Positions 1-9,691 of a DNA stretch of 37,311 nucleotides are shown here, piece by piece. Under the pieces are notes generated by a model that worked only from the letters and a program-made list of their open reading frames with translations, searched no databases and was not told where the DNA came from. Where the stretch lies: assembly GCA_964464185.1 (NCBI GenBank), contig CAYXFF010000001.1, positions 16,083 through 53,393 of the forward strand, written 5' to 3'. Position 1 is the first letter of the stretch. Every line of letters starts with the position of its first letter. The translations under genes were made by a program, and so were the position numbers. Origin of the DNA: an uncultured Syntrophaceae bacterium. Its GTDB lineage: Bacteria; Desulfobacterota; Syntrophia; Syntrophales; UBA4778.

Positions 1-325
1 CGACAGGAGATTGATCGGGAGGAGTCCCGATCGGACGAAGGATCTAATTGAAATAAGGAACCTGGGTATCGTAAATATTCGCAATTTATTCGGTGAACCG
101 GCGGTCAAGGAGGAGAATCCCGTCCACATGGTCGTGGAGTTGTCGCAGACGGAGGAGGATGCCGTGAAAGGGCCTCCCGCCTTTTTCAGCATTCTCGGTA
201 TCCGCCTGCCGATCTATCGGATTGCCTCAGGATTTATCGCGAAGGCAGCTGAAACAATCAGGAATCTTGCGTTTGAATTCGATAAAAACGATCCATACTC
301 CGCCGGGAAGAAAGGAAAAGCCTGA
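1..325 (+). CDS. hprK: HPr kinase/phosphorylase, C-terminal fragment (5' end lies outside the window)
   Basis: Frame 2 is open from the window edge to TGA at 323-325. The tail ([17 protein letters not shown]...ILGIRLPIY...) resembles the C-terminal half of HprK. The stop overlaps the rapZ ATG (TGATG), which is the usual hprK-rapZ neighbourhood. Confidence 0.7.
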   Translation, partial: DRRLIGRSPDRTKDLIEIRNLGIVNIRNLFGEPAVKEENPVHMVVELSQTEEDAVKGPPAFFSILGIRLPIYRIASGFIAKAAETIRNLAFEFDKNDPYSAGKKGKA

Positions 326-1191
326 TGAAAAATATCCGCGTGGTCATCATCACGGGATTGTCCGGTTCCGGAAAGAGCACCGCCCTCAGGGCTCTCGAGG
401 ATATCGGTTTCTTCTGCGTGGACAATCTTCCCGTCGTTCTTCTTCCGAAGTTTCTTGAAATCCAGGCCGATGCATCAAGCGAAATATCCAAGGTGGCCCT
501 GGTCATGGATCTCCGGGAGAGATCTTTTCTGGAAAAATACACCACGATCTTTTCGGAGATGAAAGAGATGGGATACCGGATTGAAATCCTCTTTCTCGAT
601 GCCTCCGATGATGCCCTTCTTTACCGGTTCAAGGAAACGAGAAGAACCCATCCCCTCTCGGAGAAGGGAACCATCATGGAGGGAATCGCCCTGGAGAGGG
701 CCAAGCTGTCGTCCCTTCGGAACATGGCCGACAAAGTCATCGACACCTCTCCTTACAACGTCCATCAGCTGAAGGACGTCACTCAGCGGTATTTCCTGTC
801 CTCTTCGGCGGAGAAGAGGCTTGTCATCAATCTCACCTCATTCGGATACCGTTATGGTCTGCCGCCGGACGCGGACATCGTAATCGATGTCCGGTTTCTT
901 CCCAATCCATACTTTATCGAGAATCTGAAGCATCTGGACGGAAACGATCAGAAGGTGGAGGAATTCGTCATGGGCTGGGAAGAGAGCAGAACCTTTCTGG
1001 GAGAGCTTTTCAAGCTCTTCGAGTTCCTGATCCCTCTCTATGAAAAAGAAGGGAAGGCCTATCTGAATATCGCTCTAGGCTGCACGGGCGGGAAACACCG
1101 ATCCGTCGTGATGCTGAACCGGCTTGGAAAATTCTTGAGCGAGAAGAGCTACATTATCAACGTGAACCATCGGGACATCTACAGGGTTTAG
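325..1191 (+). CDS. rapZ: RNase adapter protein RapZ (YhbJ family P-loop NTPase)
   Basis: 288 aa. N-terminal Walker A ([30 protein letters not shown]) and a C-terminal ...[10 protein letters not shown]... motif are typical of RapZ. It follows hprK. Confidence 0.9.
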   Translation: MKNIRVVIITGLSGSGKSTALRALEDIGFFCVDNLPVVLLPKFLEIQADASSEISKVALVMDLRERSFLEKYTTIFSEMKEMGYRIEILFLDASDDALLYRFKETRRTHPLSEKGTIMEGIALERAKLSSLRNMADKVIDTSPYNVHQLKDVTQRYFLSSSAEKRLVINLTSFGYRYGLPPDADIVIDVRFLPNPYFIENLKHLDGNDQKVEEFVMGWEESRTFLGELFKLFEFLIPLYEKEGKAYLNIALGCTGGKHRSVVMLNRLGKFLSEKSYIINVNHRDIYRV

Positions 1192-1311
1192 CAGGCTGTT
1201 GCCCTTAGGCAGGCTCAGGGTGCATCCATCCCCGCTCGAGTTTATCATCACCCTTTAGAACAACGGATTCATTCAATCCGGCGAGAAACATCAAAGGGAA
1301 CTCAGGAAAAG

Positions 1312-2643
1312 TCAGGACGCTTCCGCGATTTTTATTTCAATGTTGTCTTTGATCCAGTGGGGATCCCACCACTCAACCGGATCCACAAAATGTCCTCCCA
1401 CAATCATGCTGAAATGAAGGTGGTCGCCTCCGGCAAGGCCCGAGGACCCGCTGGAACCGAGGACCTCTTCCCTCGAAACCTGCTGTCCTGTTTTGACCTT
1501 GATGTCGTTCATGTGGGCATAAAGGCTTAAAACCCCAAGGCCGTGATCCAGGATGACCGTGTTGCCGTATATCCCCAGATAACCCGTGAACAAGACCACG
1601 CCGCTGTTGGCGGCTTCAATGGGGGCATGGGCTGTCGAAGCGAGATCAACGCCCAGGTGAACGCTTTCGCCGATCGATTTCTTCTGATACGTGTAGGTTC
1701 TCATGTCACCGAACCCGGCCATGGGTGCGGCATTCTTCATTCTCAGAAACGGCCCTGTCCAGAGCCGGGTCCCCGCCGTCTTCAGGCAGATGGACTGGAT
1801 CGTTTTGAAATTGTCATCGCGCATTTTCTCGTTGACGTAAATGAAAGTCTCCACGGGCGTTTTCCCCCGCAGTTGCGGCTCCATCTGCTGAAACTCGGGC
1901 ATTTTCTGATTCAGGAAGTTGTCGGATAGTTCCAGGTGATCCTTGCGGAACTTTTTCGGCTTGACATGATAGGGGATTGCGAGACCGATTTCATTTCCGC
2001 CTCTATCTTTGACAGAAACAACCATTTTGGTCGATCCTTTATCGACGGACAATGGAACAGGGAAGTAAGACATGAAGACAGGTTTCCCGCCGAGAACGGT
2101 CGGGCAGCCGTTGAAGTAATCATTTCCCAACTGGACGCCTGTTTTTTCCACATCCTTCGATGCCCGGTAGACGACGAAACACGTCCCGCCGGGATTGATA
2201 ATATGGGCTGTGCTCAGCAGCGATATCTGCAGAGGCACCGTGTCGATGACCACTTTTTCGACAAGACGGGCCGTGTTCTGAAACAGGGAGTAATCGGATG
2301 CGGTAATCGTGACCGTTGCTTCTCCGTCATGAAGTCGAAGATTAACAGGATTCACGTCCAGGCTGATCGTCTTTTCCCGGGTTCCTTTATCGGGAAAGTC
2401 GACGGAAGTGAGGGTATGCGTCCGGTCGTCCTGGGAAATGGTCATGTCTATGTGTTTGAGCCCGCTCTTGTTGTCGGTGAAGCTGATGACGAGTGTTTTT
2501 TGCCTTCCGATCGGACTGATGGAAGTGGAGGGTCTGATCTCCGGTTTGAAAATTTCAAACGGTGAAGTGAAAAGACAGAGAACGGCTGCAATGATGATGA
2601 CCGCCAGCAAAGGCATCAAAATATAGGGATTAAATCTCTTCAT
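1312..2643 (-). CDS. M23 family metallopeptidase with N-terminal membrane anchor
   Basis: C-terminal LytM/M23 motifs are present (HLGVDLAS...GNTVILDHGLGVLSLYAHM...SGLAGGDHLHFSM). I place the start at the internal ATG (2641-2643), preceded by a GGAGAA Shine-Dalgarno and followed by a signal/anchor segment (MKRFNPYILMPLLAVIIIAAV). The track ORF extends to 2745 without support. Confidence 0.85.
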   Translation of the reverse strand: MKRFNPYILMPLLAVIIIAAVLCLFTSPFEIFKPEIRPSTSISPIGRQKTLVISFTDNKSGLKHIDMTISQDDRTHTLTSVDFPDKGTREKTISLDVNPVNLRLHDGEATVTITASDYSLFQNTARLVEKVVIDTVPLQISLLSTAHIINPGGTCFVVYRASKDVEKTGVQLGNDYFNGCPTVLGGKPVFMSYFPVPLSVDKGSTKMVVSVKDRGGNEIGLAIPYHVKPKKFRKDHLELSDNFLNQKMPEFQQMEPQLRGKTPVETFIYVNEKMRDDNFKTIQSICLKTAGTRLWTGPFLRMKNAAPMAGFGDMRTYTYQKKSIGESVHLGVDLASTAHAPIEAANSGVVLFTGYLGIYGNTVILDHGLGVLSLYAHMNDIKVKTGQQVSREEVLGSSGSSGLAGGDHLHFSMIVGGHFVDPVEWWDPHWIKDNIEIKIAEAS

Positions 2644-2781
2644 GGTATGTTTCTCCTGATATATCCTGTAATAAAGGGAGCGGCCGCGTTCAAGAAGAAC
2701 AGGCCGACCGGATGTTGCCGTCATGGGTACTAAATTGGGTCGCAATTAGCAAGGGGAAAATGGGATTTATGTTATAATTCC

Positions 2782-2810
2782 TTGACCCTGTTCATGTTCC
2801 TTGTTATATT
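2782..2810 (+). promoter_or_regulatory. sigma70-like promoter TTGACC-N17-TATATT upstream of the LysE-family gene
   Basis: TTGACC at 2782-2787, a 17-nt spacer, and TATATT at 2805-2810, about 55 nt upstream of the 2865 start. Confidence 0.55.
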
Positions 2811-2864
2811 TTCCCAAGAAGAAACGGGCCCATCGAGGTCACTCAGACACAGGAATGCAGAGAT

Positions 2865-3497
2865 TTGGAAAGCTTATTGAGAATCGCCCTGTCCTCTTTT
2901 CTCATAGCCATATCGGGTGATGTAATGCCGGGCCCGGTTTTGACCGTCACCATCAGTGAATCCGCGAAGAGGGGTTTCATGGCGGGACCTATGATCGTCC
3001 TCGGACATGGAATTCTTGAGCTTTCCCTGATGATCCTGATCATTTTCGGGTTCGCGAATATCGTGAATAGGCCGGGTGTAATCGGGGTGGTTGGTCTTGC
3101 CGGTGGTGTTGTGCTGATAGGACTCTCTTACGGAATGCTGAAAAATCTGAAAAACCTCAGACTCGACCTTACGCCTGATCAAAACATTTCAGGAAACCCG
3201 GTTATTGCCGGCATTCTGACCAGCCTTGCCAATCCCTACTGGACGATCTGGTGGGCCACCATCGGAGTGGGCTACGTGGTGATTGCGATGAAATTCGGGA
3301 TGATGGGCATCCTTTTCTTTTTCATCGGACACATTGCGGCTGACCTGGCGTGGTACAGTGGAATCTCTTTTCTGGTCACCCGGGGGAGGAAACACATCAG
3401 CGACAGGATTTATCGCGGCATTATACTGGTCTGCGCGCTGGTTTTGATATTTTTTGCCGTCACTTTCGGCATCATGGGGCTGAATCAATTACTCTGA
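2865..3497 (+). CDS. LysE/RhtB family amino-acid exporter-like membrane protein
   Basis: 210 aa with about 6 hydrophobic segments. The N-terminal ...ISGDVMPGPVLTVTI... region resembles the LysE-family PGP motif. The start is TTG. Confidence 0.65.
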   Translation: MESLLRIALSSFLIAISGDVMPGPVLTVTISESAKRGFMAGPMIVLGHGILELSLMILIIFGFANIVNRPGVIGVVGLAGGVVLIGLSYGMLKNLKNLRLDLTPDQNISGNPVIAGILTSLANPYWTIWWATIGVGYVVIAMKFGMMGILFFFIGHIAADLAWYSGISFLVTRGRKHISDRIYRGIILVCALVLIFFAVTFGIMGLNQLL

Positions 3498-3525
3498 TAA
3501 CCTGTTGCGACAGAGGAATCAAACC

Positions 3526-4722
3526 ATGCTGAAGGGAAAGAAAATACTGCTTGGCGTTACGGGCGGAATCGCCGCTTACAAGACGGCGGAACTGACGAGG
3601 GACTTCATAAAGGGCGGGGCGGACGTCAAGGTCGTCATGACGTCCAACGCGACGAAATTCATATCACCTCTGACCCTGCAGACGCTCTCCGGAAATCCCG
3701 TCTACACGGACATGTTTTCGCTGACGGAAGACTGGGAAATAGGTCATATTTCCCTCGCCGATTATCCGGATATCATCGTGGTCGCGCCGGCGACGGCGAA
3801 CATTATTGGAAAAGTAGCGGCGGGGATCGCCGATGACCTTTTAACGTCATTGATCATGGCGACAACAAAGCCGATTCTGTTCTGTCCGGCTATGAACAGT
3901 AACATGTATCAGAACGCGGCGGTCAAAGAAAACATGGATAAACTGGCTTCCAGGGGATATCTCCTCATGGGAGCCGCCGAGGGAGAACTGGCCTGCGGCA
4001 CGGAGGGTCCCGGGAGGCTTCCGCCCCTTCAGGACATTGTGGAAGAAGTGGAATCCGCGCTGACGGGAAAAGACCTTGCCGGAGAGAATGTCCTGGTCAC
4101 GGCCGGTCCAACTCAGGAGGCCCTTGATCCCGTGAGGTTCATTTCAAATCACTCATCGGGGAAGATGGGATACGCCCTGGCCGTCATGGCAAGAAGACGC
4201 GGGGCAAAGGTGACTCTCATCAGCGGACCGACGGACCTTCCTGCGCCCTGTGGCGTCGAGCTGATACCTGTCCGGAGCGCCGTCGAGATGCGGGACGCCG
4301 TCATGAAAAGCATGAGGAAAGCCACCGTCATTATCAAGGCGGCCGCTGTTGCGGATTACCGTCCGGCCAGCCAGTCGGCTTCCAAGATCAAGAAAAAAGA
4401 GGGACCCCTGACGCTGACCCTTGAAAGAAATCCGGACATCATAGCCGAAGCAGGCCGGACAAAAGGGAAGAGAGTGCTTGTCGGATTTGCCATGGAGACG
4501 GAAAATCTGGTGGAAAACGCGAAGAGCAAGCTCAAGAGCAAGAACATGGATCTCATCGTGGGGAACGATCTCAGCTCCCCGGACGCTGGATTTAGAGCGG
4601 ATACGAATATCGTCAAGATCATCGACCGAAACGGTCGCGTCGAATCTCTTCCGCTTCTGGATAAAAGAGAGGTTGCCGACAGGATACTGGACCGGATAAA
4701 GGCGCTGAGAAAGAAAGGGTGA
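3526..4722 (+). CDS. coaBC: Bifunctional phosphopantothenoylcysteine decarboxylase / phosphopantothenate-cysteine ligase
   Basis: N-terminal flavoprotein domain (KKILLGVTGGIAAYK...PAMN) and C-terminal CoaB domain (ISNHSSGKMG...AAAVADYRP). ATG at 3526 is preceded by GAGGAA. The track ORF starts at a TTG at 3505. Confidence 0.95.
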   Translation: MLKGKKILLGVTGGIAAYKTAELTRDFIKGGADVKVVMTSNATKFISPLTLQTLSGNPVYTDMFSLTEDWEIGHISLADYPDIIVVAPATANIIGKVAAGIADDLLTSLIMATTKPILFCPAMNSNMYQNAAVKENMDKLASRGYLLMGAAEGELACGTEGPGRLPPLQDIVEEVESALTGKDLAGENVLVTAGPTQEALDPVRFISNHSSGKMGYALAVMARRRGAKVTLISGPTDLPAPCGVELIPVRSAVEMRDAVMKSMRKATVIIKAAAVADYRPASQSASKIKKKEGPLTLTLERNPDIIAEAGRTKGKRVLVGFAMETENLVENAKSKLKSKNMDLIVGNDLSSPDAGFRADTNIVKIIDRNGRVESLPLLDKREVADRILDRIKALRKKG

Positions 4723-5453
4723 GAATGCCGGAAAAGGGCTCAGAAGAACAGGTTCGAAAAGAACTGATCGGCATTGTGAGTTCGCTGAAAGGGTATGTGT
4801 TTTCGGCAAAGGACGCCCGGAAGGGGATTCACAACCTTGTACTGAAGGAGAGCCTTCTTGTAAGGAAGGCGGAGCGCAGTGAAGAAAAGGGTTCACTTGA
4901 AGGTGTCATGTCGCTGGAAGAAGTGCATCATCAGATTCAGGACTGCCGGCGGTGCTCCCTTTGGTCCTCCCGCAAAACGATCGTTTTCGGAGAAGGAAAC
5001 CCCGAAGCGGGCCTCCTGTTTGTAGGAGAGGGTCCCGGGGGGGATGAGGACAGGGAGGGACGTCCCTTTGTAGGCCGGGCCGGACAGCTATTGACGAACA
5101 TCATCAAAGCCATGGGGTTTCAGAGAGAATCGGTTTACATCGCGAATATCGTGAAGTGCCGGCCCCCGGGGAACAGGACGCCGAAACCCGAAGAAGTGGC
5201 CGCCTGCACGCCCTACCTTCTGGGACAGGTCAGGGCGATCCGTCCAAAAGTCATCTGTGCCCTTGGAGCCGTGGCGGCCCGATATTTTCTGCAGACGGAG
5301 ACACCCATTTCTGCCCTTCGCGGAAGATTTTATTCATACGAAGACATGGATCTCATGGTGACATACCATCCGGCCTATCTTCTGAGAAACCCCGCCGCGA
5401 AAAAGTTCGTATGGGAAGATGTTCAGAAGATTGTAAAAAGGCTTTCGGAATGA
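4719..5453 (+). CDS. Uracil-DNA glycosylase, family 4
   Basis: Fe-S and catalytic motifs are present (CRRCSL...IVFGEGNPEAGLLFVGEGPGGDEDREGRPFVGRAGQLL...HPAYLLRN). The GTG start overlaps the coaBC stop (GTGA); an alternative ATG lies at 4725. Confidence 0.88.
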   Translation: MRMPEKGSEEQVRKELIGIVSSLKGYVFSAKDARKGIHNLVLKESLLVRKAERSEEKGSLEGVMSLEEVHHQIQDCRRCSLWSSRKTIVFGEGNPEAGLLFVGEGPGGDEDREGRPFVGRAGQLLTNIIKAMGFQRESVYIANIVKCRPPGNRTPKPEEVAACTPYLLGQVRAIRPKVICALGAVAARYFLQTETPISALRGRFYSYEDMDLMVTYHPAYLLRNPAAKKFVWEDVQKIVKRLSE

Positions 5454-6796
5454 AAAGGATGATTATGGACAAGAGGAAGAATGTCGTGAAAAGAAGACTT
5501 TTTTGCCTTTTGTTTTTCGTGCTGCTTGTCATGGGATCACCGACGTTATTGTCCGCACAGGAAAAGATACCCGTTTTCGACGTGATCACTGTGAGTTCGG
5601 CCATAACACCGCCGGTGGCGGAGTACATTATCAAGAATGTCGAAGACACCACCCGCTCAGGCTCAGCCGGACTCATAATCCTCATGGACACTCCGGGAGG
5701 ACTGGATCTCGCCATGCGGGATATCATCAAGTCCATTCTCAATTCACGAATTCCCGTCATTGTTTACGTTTATCCTTCAGGAGCGAGGGCGGCATCGGCG
5801 GGCGCCATCATTATGATGGCCGCGAACGTGGCGGCCATGGCACCGGGGACGAATATCGGGGCCGCTCACCCTGTGGGCATCGGCTTCGGAAAAATGGATG
5901 AAACCATGGTGAAAAAAGTGGAAAACGATGCCGCGGCCTATGCCAGGGGCATTGCCCTGAAGAGGGGACACAATGTGGAATGGATAGAACGGGCCGTGCG
6001 AAAGAGCGAGTCGATCACAGCCGAGGAGGCACTGAAGCTCCGAGTCATTGATTATGTCGCACCCGACGTGAAGGGTCTTCTGGAAGCGATGGACGGACGG
6101 CAGATCACGCTGGAAACAGGCAAGGTCAGATTAACAACAAAAGGGGCCGTGGTGAATCAGAAAAAGATGGGATTCCGTGAAAGAATACTCATTACCATCA
6201 GCGACCCCAATATAGCCTATCTGCTCATGCTGGTGGGACTCGCGGGCCTCTATTTTGAATTTTCTCATCCGGGAGCGATTCTGCCGGGGGTTGTAGGAGG
6301 CATTTCGCTGATCATGGCTTTCTTCGCTCTTCAGACACTGCCTGTGAATTACGCGGGCGTTCTCCTGATCATTTTAGCGGTTATTTTATTCATTGCGGAG
6401 ATAAAGGTGGTGAGTCACGGGATCCTGACCATCGGAGGGATCATTTCGCTGATCCTGGGATCCCTTATTCTTTATGAGTCTCCCGATCCCGCGCTGCGTG
6501 TTTCTCTCGGCGTCATGATCCCGGCCATCGCCGTCATTTCCCTTTTCTTCGTCGGCGTCATCACGCTGGCTCTGAAGGCGCAGCTTCGTAAGCCCGTCAC
6601 GGGCGGGGAAGGAATGATCGGGAAGACGGGCGTAGCGGTCACGGCGGTTCATCGGGAGGGCAAAGTCCTCATCGACGGCGAGTACTGGAACGCCACGAGC
6701 GAGAGGGATATCGAAGATGGAAAAACAATAAAGGTCCTGGGGTTGAAAGGACTGAGTCTGGTTATTGAAGAAACTGAAAATCAAAAAGGAGGATAG
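5450..6796 (+). CDS. NfeD family membrane-bound ClpP-class serine protease
   Basis: Layout: signal/anchor ([22 protein letters not shown]), ClpP-like domain ([10 protein letters not shown]...[11 protein letters not shown]), several TM helices, and a C-terminal OB-fold-like tail. The ATG overlaps the udg stop (ATGA). It sits directly upstream of a stomatin gene, the classic NfeD-stomatin pair. Confidence 0.85.
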   Translation: MKRMIMDKRKNVVKRRLFCLLFFVLLVMGSPTLLSAQEKIPVFDVITVSSAITPPVAEYIIKNVEDTTRSGSAGLIILMDTPGGLDLAMRDIIKSILNSRIPVIVYVYPSGARAASAGAIIMMAANVAAMAPGTNIGAAHPVGIGFGKMDETMVKKVENDAAAYARGIALKRGHNVEWIERAVRKSESITAEEALKLRVIDYVAPDVKGLLEAMDGRQITLETGKVRLTTKGAVVNQKKMGFRERILITISDPNIAYLLMLVGLAGLYFEFSHPGAILPGVVGGISLIMAFFALQTLPVNYAGVLLIILAVILFIAEIKVVSHGILTIGGIISLILGSLILYESPDPALRVSLGVMIPAIAVISLFFVGVITLALKAQLRKPVTGGEGMIGKTGVAVTAVHREGKVLIDGEYWNATSERDIEDGKTIKVLGLKGLSLVIEETENQKGG

Positions 6797-6798
6797 CC

Positions 6799-7548
6799 AT
6801 GTATACCATTCTTGTCATTATTTTTCTGGCCGTCATGTTTCTGTCGGCAGCCATCAAGATCCTGAACGAGTATGAAAGAGGCGTCATATTCAGACTGGGA
6901 CGCATCATCAACGTGAAAGGTCCTGGCCTCATCATTCTGATACCCATCGTCGACAGGATGGTGAGGGTGGACATGCGGACGATCACCATGGATGTCCCGC
7001 CGCAGGACGTCATCACACGGGATAACGTTTCCATCAAGGTGAACGCCGTCGTTTATTTCAGGGTCGTGGACGCCAACCGGGCCATCATAGAGGTGGAGAA
7101 TTATCTGTATGCCACATCGCAGCTTTCTCAGACGACCCTTCGAAGCGTCTGCGGACAGGTGGAACTTGACGAGATCCTTTCCGCGAGAGACAAGATCAAC
7201 ATCCATCTTCAGGAAATTCTGGACCGGAGCACCGATCCCTGGGGCATCAAAGTGACCCATGTGGAGGTGAAGTATATCGATCTTCCTCAGGAGATGCAGA
7301 GGGCCATGGCCAAGCAGGCCGAGGCAGAAAGGGAAAGAAGAGCAAAGGTCATCAATGCCGAAGGCGAATTCCAGGCGGCGCAAAAGCTGGTCGAGGCAGC
7401 GCGGCTCATGTCCGATCAGCCCATGGCTCTTCAGCTTCGCTATTTGCAGACTCTGGTTCAGATCGGAGCGGAGAATAACTCGACAACGTTATTCCCCATT
7501 CCGATCGATCTTTTCAAGCCATTTGTGAAGCTGGCTGAAAAAGACTGA
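6799..7548 (+). CDS. SPFH/band 7 (stomatin-like, slipin) protein
   Basis: N-terminal TM helix followed by the SPFH core ([15 protein letters not shown]...) and a coiled region ([22 protein letters not shown]). Confidence 0.9.
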   Translation: MYTILVIIFLAVMFLSAAIKILNEYERGVIFRLGRIINVKGPGLIILIPIVDRMVRVDMRTITMDVPPQDVITRDNVSIKVNAVVYFRVVDANRAIIEVENYLYATSQLSQTTLRSVCGQVELDEILSARDKINIHLQEILDRSTDPWGIKVTHVEVKYIDLPQEMQRAMAKQAEAERERRAKVINAEGEFQAAQKLVEAARLMSDQPMALQLRYLQTLVQIGAENNSTTLFPIPIDLFKPFVKLAEKD

Positions 7549-7562
7549 GTGGGGGGTGACAA

Positions 7563-7877
7563 GTGGAGCCAAGAGATAGGAGACAGATCTTAATAGGCGG
7601 CGTGGTTCTCGTCACGCTTGGAATTCTGATCGTGCTGAACAGTTTCACCACCTTCGGGTTTGACAAAAGCTGGCCGATTCTGCTCATCGTCATCGCGATC
7701 ACAACCCTCGCGCAAAGCCCAAAGGATCTCGTGGGATGGTTTATCGGCGTCGTGGGTGCCGTTTTCCTCATTGACAACAACTGGTCCATCAATGTGGGTT
7801 GGGTCAAAACCTATGTGATGCCGGCTCTGCTGATCATCATAGGTTTATTCATGCTTTACAGGCGGTCAAAAAAATGA
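7563..7877 (+). CDS. Small integral membrane protein, function unknown
   Basis: 104 aa with about 3 hydrophobic helices. GTG start 14 nt after the stomatin stop. Its stop overlaps the next ATG. No family is recognised with confidence. Confidence 0.5.
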   Translation: MEPRDRRQILIGGVVLVTLGILIVLNSFTTFGFDKSWPILLIVIAITTLAQSPKDLVGWFIGVVGAVFLIDNNWSINVGWVKTYVMPALLIIIGLFMLYRRSKK

Positions 7878-8563
7878 ACGTCAAGACGCTGGTGCTCTGT
7901 GACTTTGACGGGACCGTAAGTGCCCGGGATGTGGGTCATGAAGTGATCAAGCGCTTCATGGACGGAGACTGGCTGGAAATAGATGAGGCCTATGCCGCGG
8001 GAAAGATCGGCTCCATGGCCGCGTATCAGAGAATCGCCTCGCTGCTGAAGGTTTCCCGGGAAGAGATGGCGGCGTATACGTCGACCATCTCCGGCATGGA
8101 TCCTCATTTCAGGGAATTCTGCCGGTTCTGCCGCGACAGGGGATTCGAAATCAAAATCGTATCGGACGGTCTGGATTTTTACATTGATTTCATTTTGAAG
8201 CGATACGGGTTTGAGGATATCGAATTTCATTCCAACATCATCCGTTTCCAAGAGAACCGCTCCGTGACCATCGAATTCCCACGGTTTAACGATAAGTGTG
8301 CAAAGTGCGGGACCTGCAAGAGCTTGCTTCTGCAGCAATACCGTCGCCATTACGATACCATCATTTACATCGGCGACGGGTATTCCGATGTTTGCCCCTC
8401 CCAGCAGGCCGATCTCGTTTTCGGCAAGGACATTCTATACGAAGAATGCCTGCGCAGGGAAAAGGCCTGCATCTATTACAGGAATTTCAGGGACGTCAGG
8501 GAAATCCTGGAAAAGGACCTCTGTCTCACGCCCGAAGGACGGGTGTCCCGGGCAGCCTCATAG
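7874..8563 (+). CDS. HAD-IB family phosphatase, MtnX-like
   Basis: The N-terminus has HAD motif I (LVLCDFDGTVS), a later IGDGYSDV motif, and a CxxCGxCK cysteine cluster as in MtnX-type enzymes. ATG at 7874 overlaps the preceding stop (ATGA). The track ORF start at 7799 is an upstream in-frame extension. Confidence 0.75.
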   Translation: MNVKTLVLCDFDGTVSARDVGHEVIKRFMDGDWLEIDEAYAAGKIGSMAAYQRIASLLKVSREEMAAYTSTISGMDPHFREFCRFCRDRGFEIKIVSDGLDFYIDFILKRYGFEDIEFHSNIIRFQENRSVTIEFPRFNDKCAKCGTCKSLLLQQYRRHYDTIIYIGDGYSDVCPSQQADLVFGKDILYEECLRREKACIYYRNFRDVREILEKDLCLTPEGRVSRAAS

Positions 8564-9682
8564 AATCAGGGGCAGGCTGTCGGCCATGGCGTAACCGCGG
8601 AGGGTGGGGCTCAGGTGTCCTTCCCGGATGACGATGAATCCGTCGTCCTCAAGCCGTTGAAGCGTTTCTCTCTTTTCTTTTTCAAGATCAAGGTTGTTTG
8701 TTTCACGGAATATCCCGAGATCGATTCCCTTCCTGGTCCGGAGGCCGAGAAAAAGAGATTCAAGCATCAGATCCTCCGGTGAAAGACGTTCTTCCCCTTC
8801 AATCGGTCTCTCTCCCCTTTCAAGGTCACTTGCATATTGCATGATGGATTGATGGTTCCACCAGCGCTCATTTTGGAGAAAAGAGTGGGCGCCGGGCCCC
8901 AGACCCAGATATGGGCTGTGATCCCAATATTTCTGGTTGTGCCTTGAAATAAGGGAGATATCTCTCGCGTAATTCGATACTTCGTAATGAATGTAACCTG
9001 CTGCTTCAAGAATTTCCGACGATTTCATGAAAAATTGGAGGGAAAGATCTTCATCTGGAAGAGAGAACCCGCCCTCGTGAAGTGTTTTGCCGAGCGGCGT
9101 TTCCGGAGAGAGGCTGAGCTGATAGCAGGACAGGTGTTCGGGTTCGAAAAAAATTGCCGTCATCAGAATATCTATCCACCGGTCGATTTCCATTCCCGGC
9201 ACGCCGTAGATAAGGTCCAAGCCGAGGTTTTCAAAACCCGCCTTCCGCGCCCGGTCGATAGCCATCCCGGCCTCTTGGACACTGTGCCGCCGCCCGAGGA
9301 AGTTGAGGGTGGGCTGATGAAAGGATTGCACGCCGATATTGAGACGGGACACACCCATGTCGCGGAGCGCCCGGAGATAATCGGGTTTCAGGTCAGCGGG
9401 ATTGGCCTCAAGAGTCACCTCGCTTCCATCTGAAATATCAAAATGGTCATGAACTCCGGCGAAAACAGACTCCAGTTCCTTCTGTTTCAGCAAAGAGGGT
9501 GTGCCGCCGCCGATGTAAACCGTGTCAAAGGCTCCGAATGAACATCGATACTGTTTCATTTCCATCAGAAGAGCGTTGAGAAAGAAGGGGATAAGGTCCA
9601 GGGATGTGCCGGAATAGAAGTCGCAATATCCGCACTTGCTCTTGCAGAAGGGTACATGGATGTACAGGCCGGGCGGTTTCAT
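8558..9682 (-). CDS. hemW: Radical SAM heme chaperone HemW (HemN-like, oxygen-independent coproporphyrinogen oxidase family)
   Basis: YIHVPFCKSKCGYCDF radical-SAM cysteine motif, about 374 aa, immediately downstream of lepA. Confidence 0.88.
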   Translation of the reverse strand: MKPPGLYIHVPFCKSKCGYCDFYSGTSLDLIPFFLNALLMEMKQYRCSFGAFDTVYIGGGTPSLLKQKELESVFAGVHDHFDISDGSEVTLEANPADLKPDYLRALRDMGVSRLNIGVQSFHQPTLNFLGRRHSVQEAGMAIDRARKAGFENLGLDLIYGVPGMEIDRWIDILMTAIFFEPEHLSCYQLSLSPETPLGKTLHEGGFSLPDEDLSLQFFMKSSEILEAAGYIHYEVSNYARDISLISRHNQKYWDHSPYLGLGPGAHSFLQNERWWNHQSIMQYASDLERGERPIEGEERLSPEDLMLESLFLGLRTRKGIDLGIFRETNNLDLEKEKRETLQRLEDDGFIVIREGHLSPTLRGYAMADSLPLIL

Positions 9683-9691
9683 GTTGAACCC

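Noticed and set aside
4153-4896. 247-aa antisense ORF over coaBC/udg. The same holds for 13627-14382 over the aminotransferase gene, 15970-16665 over the HIT gene and 6781-7383 over the stomatin gene.
   Set aside because: All are in codon register with the annotated sense gene, which is the expected shadow-ORF behaviour at this GC content. None has a plausible start region.
5156-5449. Long N-terminal extension of the NfeD ORF overlapping the udg 3' half
   Set aside because: The extension is Arg/Gly/Ser/Pro-rich out-of-frame read-through of udg. The ATG at 5450 overlaps the udg stop and is followed immediately by a signal/anchor sequence.
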